Assembly: GCA_010909165.1 (NCBI GenBank)
Contig: VJWM01000253.1
Coordinates: 156,591 to 220,590 of the forward strand
Direction of reading: 5' to 3'
Length of the DNA stretch: 64,000 bases
Source: Anthoceros angustus
Lineage: Eukaryota > Plantae > Anthocerotophyta
Part shown: positions 49,185-62,575 of the stretch, in pieces
How the letters are laid out: every line of letters begins with the position of its first letter
How positions within the stretch are numbered: position 1 is the first letter of the stretch
Made by a program: the position numbers and the translations under genes
Notes under the pieces: generated by a model
Database searches by the model: none
Seen by the model: only the letters and a program-made list of their open reading frames with translations
What the model was told of the DNA's origin: nothing

Positions 49185-52100
49185 CTCCCTCAAGTCGTCG
49201 TCCTCCCACCTCCTCCAACATCGCCGCACCCACACCTCCCACACCGCGCACACCAAGCTCCTCCCACACCGCCATCCTCCTACCTCCTCTCATATCGCTG
49301 ACCTCCCACCTCCTCCCACACCCCCGCCTACACACCTCCTCCCACACCGCCACACCTCCTCCCACACCGCCACAAACCCCGCCTCCCACAGCCGCAAACC
49401 GCCTCCCACATGCCGCAAACCGCCTCCCCCACATTGGAAACACGCCTCCCGGATCACCACCGAGTTCCCATTCACCACCAACTTTCTCATTCTCCACACC
49501 ACCACCGACTTCCCATTCTCCCACAACTTCTCCCATCTACCCTAAACACCCCACACACAATCAGCAACCTCACCTTGATCTCGTGCTCCACTTGCACACT
49601 ATCAAGGATAAGCCACAACTAAACCCACGAACCACACTAAAACCCAACATCGAGATATTTTAATGTGTATGTGAAATGTTTTAAAAAACCCGTTTTCCAC
49701 CATCTACTTAACAAGTTATCACTCCCTTTTTGGATGGAAGTGTACACCTAACCATGCATACACGCGTAGTAGACCCAAAAATCAAAAATTCGATTTCTTT
49801 GGATTGCCTCTTCCACACCACTTGGAGCACACGATACTTTCTTCGCCGCCATAGGTGTCTCCCGGCGAAATTGTAGCGTGGCCGTAAACTTGGCTGACAT
49901 CTCTATTACTGATTGTTGATTCGTCCAGGCGAGAATCTCGCGAGGCCACGAGCAGGCCCTACATCACTTCTGCAGCCGCTGGCACTTTGCTCACTTCTCC
50001 GGCCTCTCACTCGTTTCAAGACCTCGGCCGGCTTCCACCTTTTGCGCCATGGCACGTATCTCCCCTGCGCTACTTTAATTGGACCCGGCACTTCTTTTCA
50101 CTGCGTCAGGCCTAACTCCTCCATTCCATCACAGCCTCGAAGCTCCGCCCATCTCTCTTCCAGTGCGTCTCAAGCACTCCATCGGGGTTCCTTGGTTAAA
50201 TGCCAGTCCTTCTCCATTTAATGACAATCGCCACACTCCTTGTTCTCATTGCACCTCCTCCGCCCTCCAATGAGCTAGATCGCTCTCTACTCTCCATCCG
50301 TGATCGTGATCACGCCTCCAAGAGCTTCCGTTCCGCTGATTGTGTCTTGGAGGCATAGCCCGGCTCCAAAGTCTCATAGTCTTCCATCTCCTCGCACTTC
50401 GTTCCTCCAGCTTCCACGTGCCATCCAAAACTGGAGATCTCCATAGCCTCATGTTCTTTTGGCCTCTTTCTCTTCCATCGCACGGCTGGTCCGTTACGCT
50501 CGCCTGGCCTCCTGCTTTCGCCTCCGGAGTTAGCCGCAGCATTTGTCTATAATCTCCCTCCACTTGGGTTTCGATCCCGGCCCAGTAATGATCACGGTCG
50601 GTTTGTATGATTTCTCCAGCCTACCTTGCCTTCACACGAAGCTTAGTAGCTTGGTGTTGACTACACTTAAACCCGCCTCGGCATTCTCGAGCCTTCTGCT
50701 GTCCTCACTTCTCCCTCAAGTCGTCCTCCCACCTCCTCCAACATCGCCGCACCCACACCCTCCCCACACCGCACACCAAGCTCCTCCCACACCGCCATCC
50801 TCCTACCTCCTCTCGCCGACCTCCCACCTCCTCCCACACCCCCGCCTACACACCTCCTCCCACACCGCCCACACACCTCCCACACGCCACAAAACCCGCC
50901 TCCCACGGCCGCAAACCCCCTCCCACCACGGCCTCCGCCACATTGGAAACACGCCTCCCGGATCACCACCAGAGTTCCCATTCACCACCAACTTTCTCAT
51001 TCTCCACACCACCACCGACTTCCCATTCTCCCACAACTTCTCCCATCTACCCTAAACACCCCACACAATCGAGCCTCACCTTGATCTCGTGCTCCACACA
51101 CTATCAAGGACGTAAGCCACAACTAAACCCACGAACCACACTAAAACCCAACATCGAGATATTTTAATGTGTATGTGAAACAGGTTTAAAAAAAACCCCG
51201 TTTTTTCCACCATCTACTTAACAAGTTATCACTCCCTTTTTTGGATGGAAGTGCTACACCTAACCATGCATACACCCGTAGTAGGCAAAATCCGAGTCGA
51301 TTTGCTGGATTGCCTCTTCCACATGCCCGAGCACACGATACTCTCTCGCCATAGGTGCTCCAGAAATTTAGCGTCGTCCGCTTGCCATCTCTATTGCTAT
51401 TCATTGATTGGGTCGGGCGAGAATCTCGCGAGGCCACCGAGGAGGCCTACTCACTTCTGACCGCTGGCCTGCTCACTTTGCTCCGCTCTCCTCGTTTCGC
51501 ACCTCGGCCCGGCTTCCACCGCGCCATGGCGCTCCCCTCGCCTTCTTTAATTGGACCCGGCTTCTTTTCTGCGTCCAGGCCTAACTCCTCCATTCATCAC
51601 GGCTGGCTCCGCCATCTCTCTTCCTGTGCGGTCCAAGCAACTCCATCGGTTCCTTGGTTACGTCCAGTCCTTCTCCATTTCGGCGTCCCCACTCCTTGTT
51701 TCATTGCCTTACCTCCTCCGCCCCTCCATGAGTGGTCGCTCTATCTCCTTCGTGATCGTGATCACGCTCCGGCTCCGTTCCGCTCGATTGTGTCTTGAGG
51801 CTGCGGCTCAAAGTCTCTTGTGGTCTTCCATCTCACGCCCGTTCCTCCGCTCCATGGCCCAGGCGGAGATCCTCCATCTCCTTGTTGCTTGGCCTCTTTC
51901 TCTTCGCACGGCGGTCCGCTCGCCTCCGGCCTCCTGCTTTCATATGAGTTAGCAGTGTCTGTCTCCCTCCACGGTTTCGATCTCCGGCCCAGTAATGATC
52001 ACGGCTCGGTTTGCTTAGACTTCCGCCTCCGCCTTCCACGAGCCTTAGTGGCTTGGTGTTGTTCACCAAGCCGCCTCGGCAGTCTCGAGCCTTCTGCTGT
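49185..52100. repeat. Tandem duplication of a ~1.45-1.5-kb unit (49185-50704 and 50705-52100)
   Basis: Both units begin cacttctccctcaagtcgt, contain cacactaaaacccaacatcgagatattttaatgtgtatgtgaaa and ggcgagaatctcgcgaggccac, and end ctcgagccttctgctgtc. Confidence 0.85.
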
Positions 52101-53750
52101 CTTGAGCTTCCTCCAACTCCTCCTCACGCTTCCGCGCTGCGGAGGTCCTCTGCCGGGCTTGGGCCTCTGGCTGCGCCAGTTTTCGCACTGGTGAAGGACC
52201 TTGGTCCGGTCTTCTTGAACAGGGGACCTCCCGCTCCAGCTTCCGAGGCGCTTTCCCTCCTCGATTCGAGCGAGGACTCCATGCCTTCTTTTGGTCATTG
52301 GGCCACCTCCACTGCCTCGGAGGAGCACCATGCGCATCTCAGTGGCCTCTACTTCACAGGTCTTCTTTGCCGTCCATGAGGAGGCTTGAGCATACCGTCC
52401 ATGACAGTTGCCAGGACTCGCCTTGTCTCTTCCACGGCCACAGCTGGCGAGGCACCCAAGAAGTCCGCTGTGGGAGCGGGCATCTCCCGGTCCGTCAAAG
52501 ACCGCCATACTACAGTCCGGAGGGAGTCCGGACTGGGCTCTCCGGACCCAATCAGGACCCTCAGGTCCTGATTGCTTCGGTCCGGAGCCTCTACCTCTTT
52601 GGCCCTCCTGGCCGCTAGCTCCTTCTCCGCCCTTCTCCGCCCTTCTCCGCTTGGGGCTCGGAGGTGGTGAAGGGGTCCGGGTAGCCCTCTTGATTTATCG
52701 GCCCGATGTGGCTGCACTAGTGCCCCTGCACCTTGGGCACGCCCTCCGCCTTCACTGCCTTCCGCCTCCTGCCACTCCGTGGGTAGCAGAGGAACCGGCA
52801 CTTGGCGCCGTGGCGAGCCACTTTCCGCCTCTTGACGACTCACCTTTCGTCTCAGGCGTGGCCCCAGCAGGTTGCGTCAGTCGGCCTTTTTCCGCGACCG
52901 TAGGGCGCGGCAGAACACTAGATTGTCACCAAGGTGATCCACCTTGGTGAGTATGTTCAATGGACAATGACCTTAGCACCTTCACCCGCCTTATCCAGTC
53001 CGACATCGGCCACTTGACGGCTGCTATGGCCCCTACCAACATTGCCGCCTCACGCCACCTTTCCCCTCACTTTGAGGCACTGATCAATTCGCCCCACTCT
53101 CCACCGGCGGCCAGGTAAACGCCTTCAAGACCTCACGGTCCAACCCCTAGGTCCTCCTCAAGCTCTTGGAGGCGAACTTCCTTGTTGGCGATCGCCAAGA
53201 CATCTTCTCGCATACTCTCGGACGGGTGTTTATCGTCGAACGTCAAACCCATGTTGAAAAGATGTCTAAGTGCCATTTCTCCACCGCCTCTTCCGGCCTC
53301 CACCTGTGGTCCAAAGGTGCAAGCATGCTTTGGTGCCACACTTTGTGCCATATGGCCAAGTACATTTATATCTTGTGATAGAGTATGAATGGTGTGAATA
53401 TGAATTTTGAACCATTTACTTTTATATATTTTATCATACTTCTTACCTTATAGTATATATATTTATTATTATTATTAGTATGATCTACTTTAACTTTCTA
53501 CTTTTACTTTAACCATAAACTTAACTTTAGGTAAGTCTAAATCACTTTACCCGCTGACAACTCGTGCTACGCTTTGACATTGATGCGTCCCACCTCTCCC
53601 TTCCTCCGATCCTCGCCCGCTTCCCTCCTCCTCCTCCTCGCTCGTGTCCGCTTGAGCCGCCCGCTTCTTGCCATGGCTCCTAGGGAGCACTCATCGCTTA
53701 AGGAAGCTCGCTTGAAGCAGCAGTCCGCAAGATCGGTCTAATCGATGTCA
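51400..53750 (-). pseudogene. Third family-C ORF relic (acidic N-terminus, KVDHLGDN domain, coiled-coil), with an AT-rich interruption at ~53345-53559
   Basis: aaggtcattgtccattgaacatactcaccaaggtggatcaccttggtgacaat (~52960-53010, -) matches 4880-4932. 52100-52690 matches 23500-24600. The 3' part is duplicated at 49920-50700. Confidence 0.6.
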
Positions 53751-55600
53751 GAGAGATACTCCTACCTTCGTAAGGTATGGAATTGGCATCGATGGTGATG
53801 GGAAGCTGCGAGAAAGGCTTGGACGCTCAAACGACAAGTTTTGATGGGTTTGAAGGAGAGATTGGGAGGGCCGGACGCGTTGTCTAATGCCTTTGGAAAG
53901 GTACGAAACGAGAACATAGGCGTTGTATGGCAAGGCATGCACCTCGCCTCAGAGTGGAGGCACGTAGATGATCTATTATAATACCACATCTATGGGAAAC
54001 GCCCAAGCAGGTGCAACTCACAGCGGGTGCCCAGGTCCATGGCCTTGGGACTTTTGGTAGAGAAGAAACTGTGCAAATGTGTGAGCTGGGCAGCCTTCCT
54101 TTTGAAGACCGAGAAGAAGGAGGCGAAGGAGGCAAAGGAGGCCAAGGGAAGAACACTGGATGGAGAAAGAGGTGCAAGTTGAAGAAATGGCGGAGGAGGA
54201 CAAGGAGGAGCAGCTTGCCGGCTCTTCCACAGGCTGCCGGCCCCGTGACGAGGTCACAGAGCCGGGCGACTGTCAGCTTCCCCTCCACTGCTCTCACCTC
54301 CTAAGGCTTCTAAAGCCTTTCTATTCCAGTGATCACGAGGTGAACGTGAGTCACGGAGTGGAGGCCGATTTGGTGACGCCGCAGGCGGAAGCGGTTACAT
54401 GATTCCACTACTAGAACTTGCATGTTGGTCATATAATGTAGGTTATATTGCGTTGGCTCACTGGTGCTTTCACAGGTTGTAACGGCTAAATGGCCTTTGG
54501 CTGCGAGGATCGGGTTTAGGGTGCTGCAGTTTATGTTGCGGGCTTCATATAACATGGATGTAACATACTCTGATCGGTCGCCTATGGTTCCATTGAGCGG
54601 AACGGGCTTCCCCGGCCCACGGGCACTTTCAAATCGTAGAGTGTGTGCGCGCGTATTGCCGCAAGCCATTGACACACATATCCGCTGATGTCGCGAGAAC
54701 GCAGGCTGTACCGCATTTTTGAGGGGGCAGGGCGACCTAGTTCATTGAGGAGTTTCACCGATGGCGTCCGAGGTTCCGCGGCGGCCGCACGCGCCTTCTA
54801 CATGCCATTGTCAGATGGCAAAGCTAGAAAATCAGCTTTGTCAAATTCCGTGGAAGGTGACATGGTTTCTCCAATTGTGTACAAATCACCGCCATTCGAT
54901 CCGACATAGTTATGATTGGCTACATCGCGGTGTTCCGATTTGCAATCGCTCGTACGATAGCCTATGTCACTTGTTCCATGACCATATACGAATGTGTGAG
55001 GTCAGATCCTTTTCTTAGTGTGGAAATGTACTGCTCTTCTACCGGCATTGTTTTCCATCAACCAGCCTGGAACGGCGCCGGATGGCGGAAGGTGCATTGA
55101 GATGCCACTATGCGGCTGCCCCGGCGAGCAAGGCCATTTCTCGCAATGCACATGATTGGGATGGCATGGGCGCTGCTCCTCAGCATCTGCTGGGGCGGCA
55201 ACGCGCCGCCAGCCGCAATTCGCGAAATTGATGGCAATGGCTTGGCCCCGGCGGCACAAATATCTTCTCCAAGTTTCAGATTTCTCGCAATGTAGTCTCC
55301 ATAGTGAGGCCTCGCCGAAATGTGAGACAATGTGCACAAGGCATGCTTTTTTGCAAGCCGCGATGCCGTAAACGCTCTTCAGCACACCTTGAGCACATGC
55401 AATAGAAGACACCTGGATTCCTTCCACTTGTCACTTGACTCTACGTGGAACCGCCATTCTCACGCTGCTCATGGTTCCATAAAAATCCCATGCCTGGACC
55501 AAGACTGCAGACGGGCCAGAAGGAGCACAACCTAGTCATAAGTGGGGTCCTCCCGCTAGCAGGCCGTGGTTCGTTCCCCCATTGTGGCATGCGCCCACTA

Positions 55601-55878
55601 TGAGATGAGAATCATAATGCTCTAGGTAGCAAAACATAGCAAGTGATAGTAGAAGCTTTGCACAAAAGTTGTATGCATTGATTATAATAGAAAGTACAAA
55701 GCCTTTATATAGGCTAGGTGGTTATAACCATAAGGTGGTTGTAACCATAAGTAGTTCTAACCTCTAAGTGGTTGTAACAACTAACTACTCATTAAACTAC
55801 CTAAAGCCCTAAGAACTAAATTAATTAATAGCCTTAGGTGCCCTAGTGAAGAGTGCCTAAATAGGTCATATTTCATCA
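55601..55878 (-). repeat. Probable 3' LTR (~278 bp) of the copia element, with PPT at 55879-55890
   Basis: On the - strand, gtgagtgggag is followed by TGATGAAA...; contains gcctatataaagg (TATA-like) and ends ...tcatctCA. The second LTR is not available to confirm. Confidence 0.6.
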
Positions 55879-56254
55879 CTCCCACTCACTATGAACTAGG
55901 TGTGAAGAATCAGCTTCAAAATGAGACTAAAAGGCTAGTTAGCTCCCACTAACTTGAAAGCTATCCACTAACTAAGAAAACAATTAAAACTGGCTTAAGT
56001 TACATTTAAGCAGAATTTAATGTAATCAAAATTAATTACCAAAAACTTAATTAGGAAAATGGTAAATTCTAAATAAGGTAAAAAGGTAAAAAGGTAAAAA
56101 TGAAAACCATTAAATGAAAACCCATGGGGCATGATGCCGTCCGTATACCATGGGGGTACCGTTAATGAAACCCCCATACGGTTTTATTCCTCCTCCTCGC
56201 TCGCCTCCGCTGCGCCCCCGCCTCCTCGCTCATGAAACACAAAGAACTTGCGCC

Positions 56255-56885
56255 ATGGCGCGGACAAAATCGGCGGGCAAGGGCGCGCGCGCCGAGGCGC
56301 GGCCACCGGCGGGTCGCGCGCGCGCCCGCCGCCCATGTGCTGGATCACCGCGTGGTGCGCCGATGCAAGTAGATGGGTGCCAGCCTGCCTGCAGTGGAAA
56401 AAAGAAAAGAAGAGGAGCGCCCAGGGGACGCCCCGAGGAGCTGACGCCCACTTGCAAGACTGTGATCCTCCACGCATCTAAATGGATTCCAACCTTTGTG
56501 GAGAGCCCACCACGTTTCTCCAGGTGGGATGAAGTGGTCTGGAGCTCGTGTAGAGGTTGAAGTCACCTGGGGAGAGGTGGAATTTGTTCCTGCAGGTGCT
56601 GAAGATCGCCAGTTGATGTGTGAGTGCTGCCATATGCGGGAGTGTCTCACCCAAGCCGGAGATTAAAGAAAGCTGATCTTCGCATGTCTTGTCTCAATGT
56701 CTCAAAAGTGCCTGCTGCTAATCCCAAGCCAACACCTGCTCCAACTGCAGCATGTCGTCATCCCAGTCGTGTGCAGGTGAGGGATCGTCGAGGAAGATTT
56801 CTAAAGCTTCTGTGGAAGAAATCGCAGATTGTGTTCTCTGATACAAGTGCCTCGGAAGAATCTTCATTGAAGGGCTTCCCCGCTT
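56255..56885 (+). pseudogene. Antisense additional ORF of the copia element (basic, MARTK start, NLS and AT-hook-like motif)
   Basis: gccATGG context at 56255. MARTKSAGKGARAEARPP...SGKKKRRGAPRGRPEEL... is open to 56560, with a continuation (56624..56887) after stops. Lies between RNase H and the PPT. Confidence 0.5.
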
Positions 56886-59800
56886 GATGAAGGGAGGCTG
56901 AAATCTCAAGATAGCGATGGTATAGCAGGCATTCTGTCGTGAAGGGAGGCACCTTGCAGGATGCCCCCCCTTTGTCATGAGGAGAGGCACCTAGTTGTAA
57001 GCCCGCTTTGTGGCATCTTCAAATGACCATTTTCCAGTTTCAAAAATATTAATTGTGATGAATTTTCTGATACTATTTTCGCAGATTTATGTATGGAAAA
57101 TTATGGGAAAAAGGAAAATGAAATGGAAAATGAAGAAAATGAGAAAAATGAAAAGGTAGACATGCTTTTGTGACTCTAAAAGGTGTTCTAACTTATTTTT
57201 CTTGCTAAAACTTGCCCATTTTAGGTTTCTTTTCCGAAAAGACATAGAATAGGAAACATAGGATTCGAAACCCGCATATATCCCAAGGGTGATGATGTGA
57301 AGCTCATCTATATAATCACTAATATGAAAGGGGAATTCGCCGACGCACCTCCATGCTCCTATGTTTGCGAAACTAAGATACATATGATACGGTTATATGT
57401 ATGTGAAGAATTTCCGCATATGATCCATGTCTATCGTGAGTATTCTTGAGGTTAAGAAAATATGAAAAGTTTTAATTAGCAAAATATTATTTAATATTTT
57501 AATATTATTTTCTAGAGAGCACCTCAACTATGTATGAAGGAGAGGATGCACGGGCCTATGTTAAGATTGAGGATGATTGTTCAAGACTTAGAATAGAATA
57601 TTGGATTACTAAGGTTATCTTAAGTAGACCAATTTAGCGCTAGGATGAACTATAGTGGAGGCTTAGACAAGGTGTCCAATATACCTAAACATTTCATATG
57701 TGTTTCTGATTCAATGCCTAGTGACTTTGTTAATAAATCACGCATTATCTAAAGTTTGAACATAACTAATATCTATAGTTTTATCCTCTATTTTCTCTCC
57801 GATATAATGATATTCGATGAATATGTTTAGTTCTAGAGTGGAAGACAGGGTTCCTTGACAAGGCTATAGCTCCCGACTATCACTCAACAACAAGGTGGGC
57901 TTTTCCGCTTGTGATGAAGTTCACTCAAGGTTAGCCTAGTCCATACTATGTCTTTAGCAACCGAGGTTAGTACTCTATACTCGACTCGGTCTTTGGACAA
58001 GGCTATGGTTGGTTGTTTTACTTGACCAGGATATTGGTGCTCCCCAATAGCGACGCACGATACGGATCCGCAGTTTGGGTCACCTGATAGTCGGCGCCAC
58101 GTAAGTCGTTAATGTCAACGTCTTTATGCTCGGTGTATACTTGAATGTCAATCCTGTGCATGGTACCCTTGAGGTATCGAATATGCGCTTAGTTGACATC
58201 CGTGTCACGCCGTGGTTCTCGAATTGTGAATGTGAGCCGACTTGAAGATATATCCGGTCGGTGAAGTTGGATAAATATATAAGTGTGCCAACAAGATGTC
58301 GATATGGAGCCGACATTTCCAACTTATCTTGTCTTTGGACTCATATCCATGGTAAGCGACCCGCTAGCAAAGGTGTAGGCGTTTCGCATCTTCAAGTCCA
58401 AACTTGGTTAAACTTTCTTTAATGTACTTGGTTTGAACAATACTGTCTTGTCTGTTCGATCTCTAATAATGTTGACACCAAGTGCATATGTCATTTCTCC
58501 TAAAGACATTTCATAAAAGTCTTGAGCCACTTTGATCTCGGCTAGGAGAGTAAGAGGAGTTTGTGGCCATGAATACGTCCGACGTAGAGCATAAGTAAAA
58601 GGTATATCATTGCACGATATTAGGATATACATGCATGCATCGGCATCACTTTGCGGAAGCCTCTTTGATGAGTTTCACATGTATGTCCATATTCCAATTT
58701 TTACCGATTGCTTAAGGCCATACAAGCCTTTAATTAGTCGCATACCCAATCTTCCTTGCCTTTAACCTCATAACCTTCGGCGTTTCATGTAGATTTCTTC
58801 TTGAAGACCCATAGAGATATTGTCTTCACATCCATCATATGGAGCTCAAGATCATGATGGGTTAAGGCAAGATTATTCTAAGGGAAGCAAACTTTGCTAT
58901 CGAATTGTGGCCCATGGGAGGTAATCTAAACCCGATCCGGGTGAATCGCCACAAGGCGTGCTTTGTATCTCTCAATGGAACCATCTCCTTTTCTCTTAAT
59001 TTTGAATACCCATTTGCTGGTGACTATCTTCCTACCCTTAGGTGGCTTAACCAATTCCCATGTAGAGTTACTAATGAGAGAGTTATATTCTAATCTACCT
59101 TCCATAAGGCTTTTTCGTGAGAAGAGAAAGCTTGTTTTAAGGTAAGAGGTTCTTGGATCTATGGTTGCCTTGTATACAGCTTGTGAGTAAAGTGATACAG
59201 GGGAAGAGGATCATCAAAACAGCTAGATATCCTAAAGGAGGTTCCTTCCATCCTGCGGGTCCGGGATTGCGTGACGGGTTCTTAAGTTGTACCTTTGTGT
59301 AGGTTCCGGTGCATCTTCCAGGAGCGGAACATCAATAGGATCATGGTGCTCCATGTCATTCACGGAGGGTCATCATGCTCTTCATAAAGAGTGTCACTGG
59401 CTCCTCGACTTGAATGTTGTCGCCATCCGTGGTGTTTCGTGGAATAGATGCTAACTCCTCCTCCAAGAGGTTCAACTACGGAACACGAGAGGAACTGGAA
59501 ATTGAGTGATATAATCGATATCATCAAATGAGGAGGTATCCGAGGGCTCTAAGAGACGTCCTCGTGGCCGGATGTACCAGCTCCACTGCTGGGGAAAAGA
59601 GGTAAGACTCATGAAAAGTAACACTCGGCATATATAAGCTTCCGTGTTGTGGGTTCAAATAGCTTGTAACCTTTGATGCCTTTGTAGCCAATAAATAGAT
59701 ATTTGGCAGCTTTTGGATCTAACTTGCGTTGTACTTTAGGGATAAAGACATATGCGGAGATCCAAAAATTCAAGGTGATCTATGGAAGGCTTGTTGCCGT

Positions 59801-62326
59801 GAATGCTTCATATGGAGTCATACCTTGAATCGAGGAAGTCGGCGATTCATGAGATAGGTTGTCGTAAGGAGGGCCTCACCAATAAGCTTTGGATAAGTTA
59901 GCTTGTGTTAACAGCAACTGATCTCTTGGAGGCGGAGATTCTTTTCTCGACGCCATTTCCGAGGAGTGTATACTACACTTAATTGTTGAGCTACGCCCGC
60001 TCGACAAAATTCAGCAAATCTATGAGATGTAAACTCTCCACCTGTCGAACGTAAGGTCTTGAGTTTGTGATCGTAAGCCTTTACGCCCATGCCATGTAAT
60101 CCTTGAAAACCGATAAGTTTCACTCTTTTGTGTGAGGATGTAGGAGAGGCAAACGGGAATCGGTAAAAGTTAAGAAGTATCTACTACCAAAGGAGGGTGT
60201 AGAGAGGGTCCACAAATGCGTGTGTACTATCTCTAAAGGTGACTTGGCCCTTTGAGGAGATGGATTTTGAAAGGTTCTCGTGACGTTTTGTGAGGACACT
60301 GTTTCGCACCAATCTAAGTTGTGAACCTTGGAGAGACAGGTGTTCTATACGTTGTCTCTAGACATTTGGAGTAACCGACTATTAGGATGACCTAATCTAC
60401 AATGCCGAGCATCGTGTGTGTTGGTTGTGCGAATGTTGGGAGGCTACATTGACAATGTGTGGCTCCTACTTTGACACAATCTAGAGTCCATCTTCTAAGA
60501 TGCCACGAGATAGTGTGTGTTCTATTCTTGAGGTAGGAAAGGAACAACTATCGGCATATAAAAGGACCGCATGGTATGTTCTTTGACTAGCGGTGACACT
60601 AGGTTTTGCACATGGCGAACATGGAGGACTTGATGAAGATGAAGAGTCGACGAATCACATCGAGTACAATGTAACCTAGGCCGCTATGGGAAGGGTGTGA
60701 TCATCGCCTGTGAGAAAAATCGGATGTCCTGTGGTCGTGTATGACTCAAGGAGTCTTTGTAGCAGATATGTGATGTTGCTCCACCGTCTGTACCAATAAG
60801 CGGTTGCGGCTTAGAGGATGCAAGGCAAATAGTGAGCACACGTGTTGTTGATGAAGAGTGTTTCAAGCAACATGAGCGGCGGGGCCTCGATCTAGGTTCC
60901 CCATTCTTCTTCTTTCTACATCCTTTTCCATGTGATTAGGTATTCGCACCAATTACAAATAATTCCACTCTTTTGGTACCGAAGGTGTGGAAGAGTTGGA
61001 TTCACTATATTTGTTTGGTGAACAAGCAGGTCTATTGGAAGGGAGAACTTTTGCGGCTGCCCTCTTAACACTCGTATCTTTTGAAGGGGTGAATATTCAC
61101 GAAGGGGTTTTCAAATTTATCTTGAAGGGGTTTGACATGGATCTTGAACTGGTGGTTTTGGGTATGAATAAAGGCGAAAAGAAGGGTGGAAATTCCTATG
61201 AACCGGATAAGGTCCATTTCATGCCAGAAGGGGTTATGGTGCAAGAGGTAACCCTATTTGGGGTGCATTTAAGACCCATGACAAGGGCCATTGCCATCAT
61301 CATGGGTCTTTCTCGCACAACAACCCTAAAGATTCGTAAAAGCACGGTGATCAAAATTGATGAGAGGCGAACCCACGATGGCCGGGAGCAAAGCATGTTC
61401 AGGAGTAGGCGCCGGCCGGGCGCCTTTCCGGCATTGCGATGATGCCTTGCGAAAGGCGAGAGTAGCAGCCCATAGCGGATGTGTGTACAAAAGACTTTGG
61501 TGTGGGTGGTGGGTGGCTTCGACACCCTCAATTGTGCCCGCAAATATAATCACATGGTTCACCCCACATCGCAATCGATGAATGAAGAAAAGTGTGGGCA
61601 ACCGGTTCCCGCCAACATATCGATAGAAAACATGCGCATGGCTCATCGTGTGTTGCCCGTTAGTATGCCGCAATGCCGAGCGCAACTACCACCACACTCC
61701 CACATGTCCTTCCGCATGTAATGGAAAAAGGCTTGAACATTGGAAGTTATTACATGGGAAGTCTACAACATGACAGAATGCCACAACCAAATTCCTATCA
61801 TGGGCCTAGACTCTTTTCGAAATATCGCTTGAAATGTGCACTCCAAACTGTGAATTGAGCTTCACGCATAACCTCACCAATTGCCCGTTGAAGATGACCT
61901 AACATCGGAGGGTTTCCTACTTCGCTGCACTCCACGCCATCATCTTTGTTGGGCACGACATCATGACCATCATCTTCACTCCTCGGTGGCACTTTGACTC
62001 ATTGGTTGAATAAAGCCTCGCAATTCAATTAAGTTATTCTTGATTGCCTTCTTATCCACAGTACAAATGTTTCCGTCAAGTTGAACTCATAATAGAGGAT
62101 GACCGTTTGGTGAACAAAACCTCTACTTACGGATCTATTTCTGACAGTCTCAAAGTAATGCTATGCTTCACGTTTTGGTACTGAACATGCCCATATATTC
62201 TTCGAGCAAGCACATAGTAGTCTGAATGAATGAATGAAAATAGGTCCATAGGTGTTTTTGAAAATGTGTGCAACCATGGCATGAGAGGAGTTTCAATATA
62301 CACATCCATAAGAGAATGGCGGCCTT

Positions 62327-62425
62327 AACAAGCCTTGTACATGGGCGCCCGGCCCCCAACAAGCCTTGTACATGGGCACCCGGCCAGCGCCCCCAACAAG
62401 CCTTGTACATGGGCGCGGCCAGCGC
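62327..62425 (+). repeat. Three copies of a ~32-37-bp repeat
   Basis: aacaagccttgtacatgggc(g/a)c..ggcc occurs three times. Confidence 0.85.
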
Positions 62426-62499
62426 CCTCCCTATATGTTCTCCTCATGGGCTGCCATTTATAAAATAAATAAATTAGTGCTTCTCATGTGTTTAACCTA

Positions 62500-62575
62500 G
62501 GATAGTTACTCAAGTGGTTTGGAAATAGTTTGTACATGATTAGGTCATGGGTTCGAGTCTTGTAGAGTGTGAAAA
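62500..62575 (+). other. Possible tRNA-derived (SINE-like) Pol III A/B boxes
   Basis: tagttactcaagtggtt (A-box-like) and gggttcgagtc (B-box consensus GTTCRANNC) at tRNA-like spacing. No full cloverleaf evident. Confidence 0.3.

Larger units (their letters stand above)
55601..61350 (-). mobile_element. Ty1/copia LTR retrotransposon (degraded; 5' LTR not found)
   Basis: Domain order on the - strand: gag (MAMALVMGL; zinc knuckle CNWC..PNHMEKD ~60915-60960), protease (DGGATSHIC ~60760-60790), integrase (KLKTLRSTGGEFTS ~60030-60070), RT (LGEMTYALGVNIIRDR; YRHLVGTLIYL), RNase H (ISWSSKQ.PTIALS; RNPVFHSRTKHI) ending at ~57655. Confidence 0.9.

Noticed and set aside
47989-51055. Pro/His/Thr-rich or Gly/Val-rich ORFs (e.g. 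48995..49663, 50543..51055) as extensin-like genes
   Set aside because: They arise from the cctcccacaccg low-complexity repeat and are open in several frames.
53305-53559. Solo copia-type LTR (TG...CA, AT-rich)
   Set aside because: It looks like an insertion, but there is no matching TSD or second copy and the left boundary is ambiguous.
54406-54416. CACTACTAGAA as a CACTA left terminus
   Set aside because: No subterminal repeats or partner end, and a minus-strand ORF reads through it; probably chance.
62500-62575. Functional tRNA gene
   Set aside because: Box-like motifs are present, but no acceptor stem or anticodon arm could be folded.
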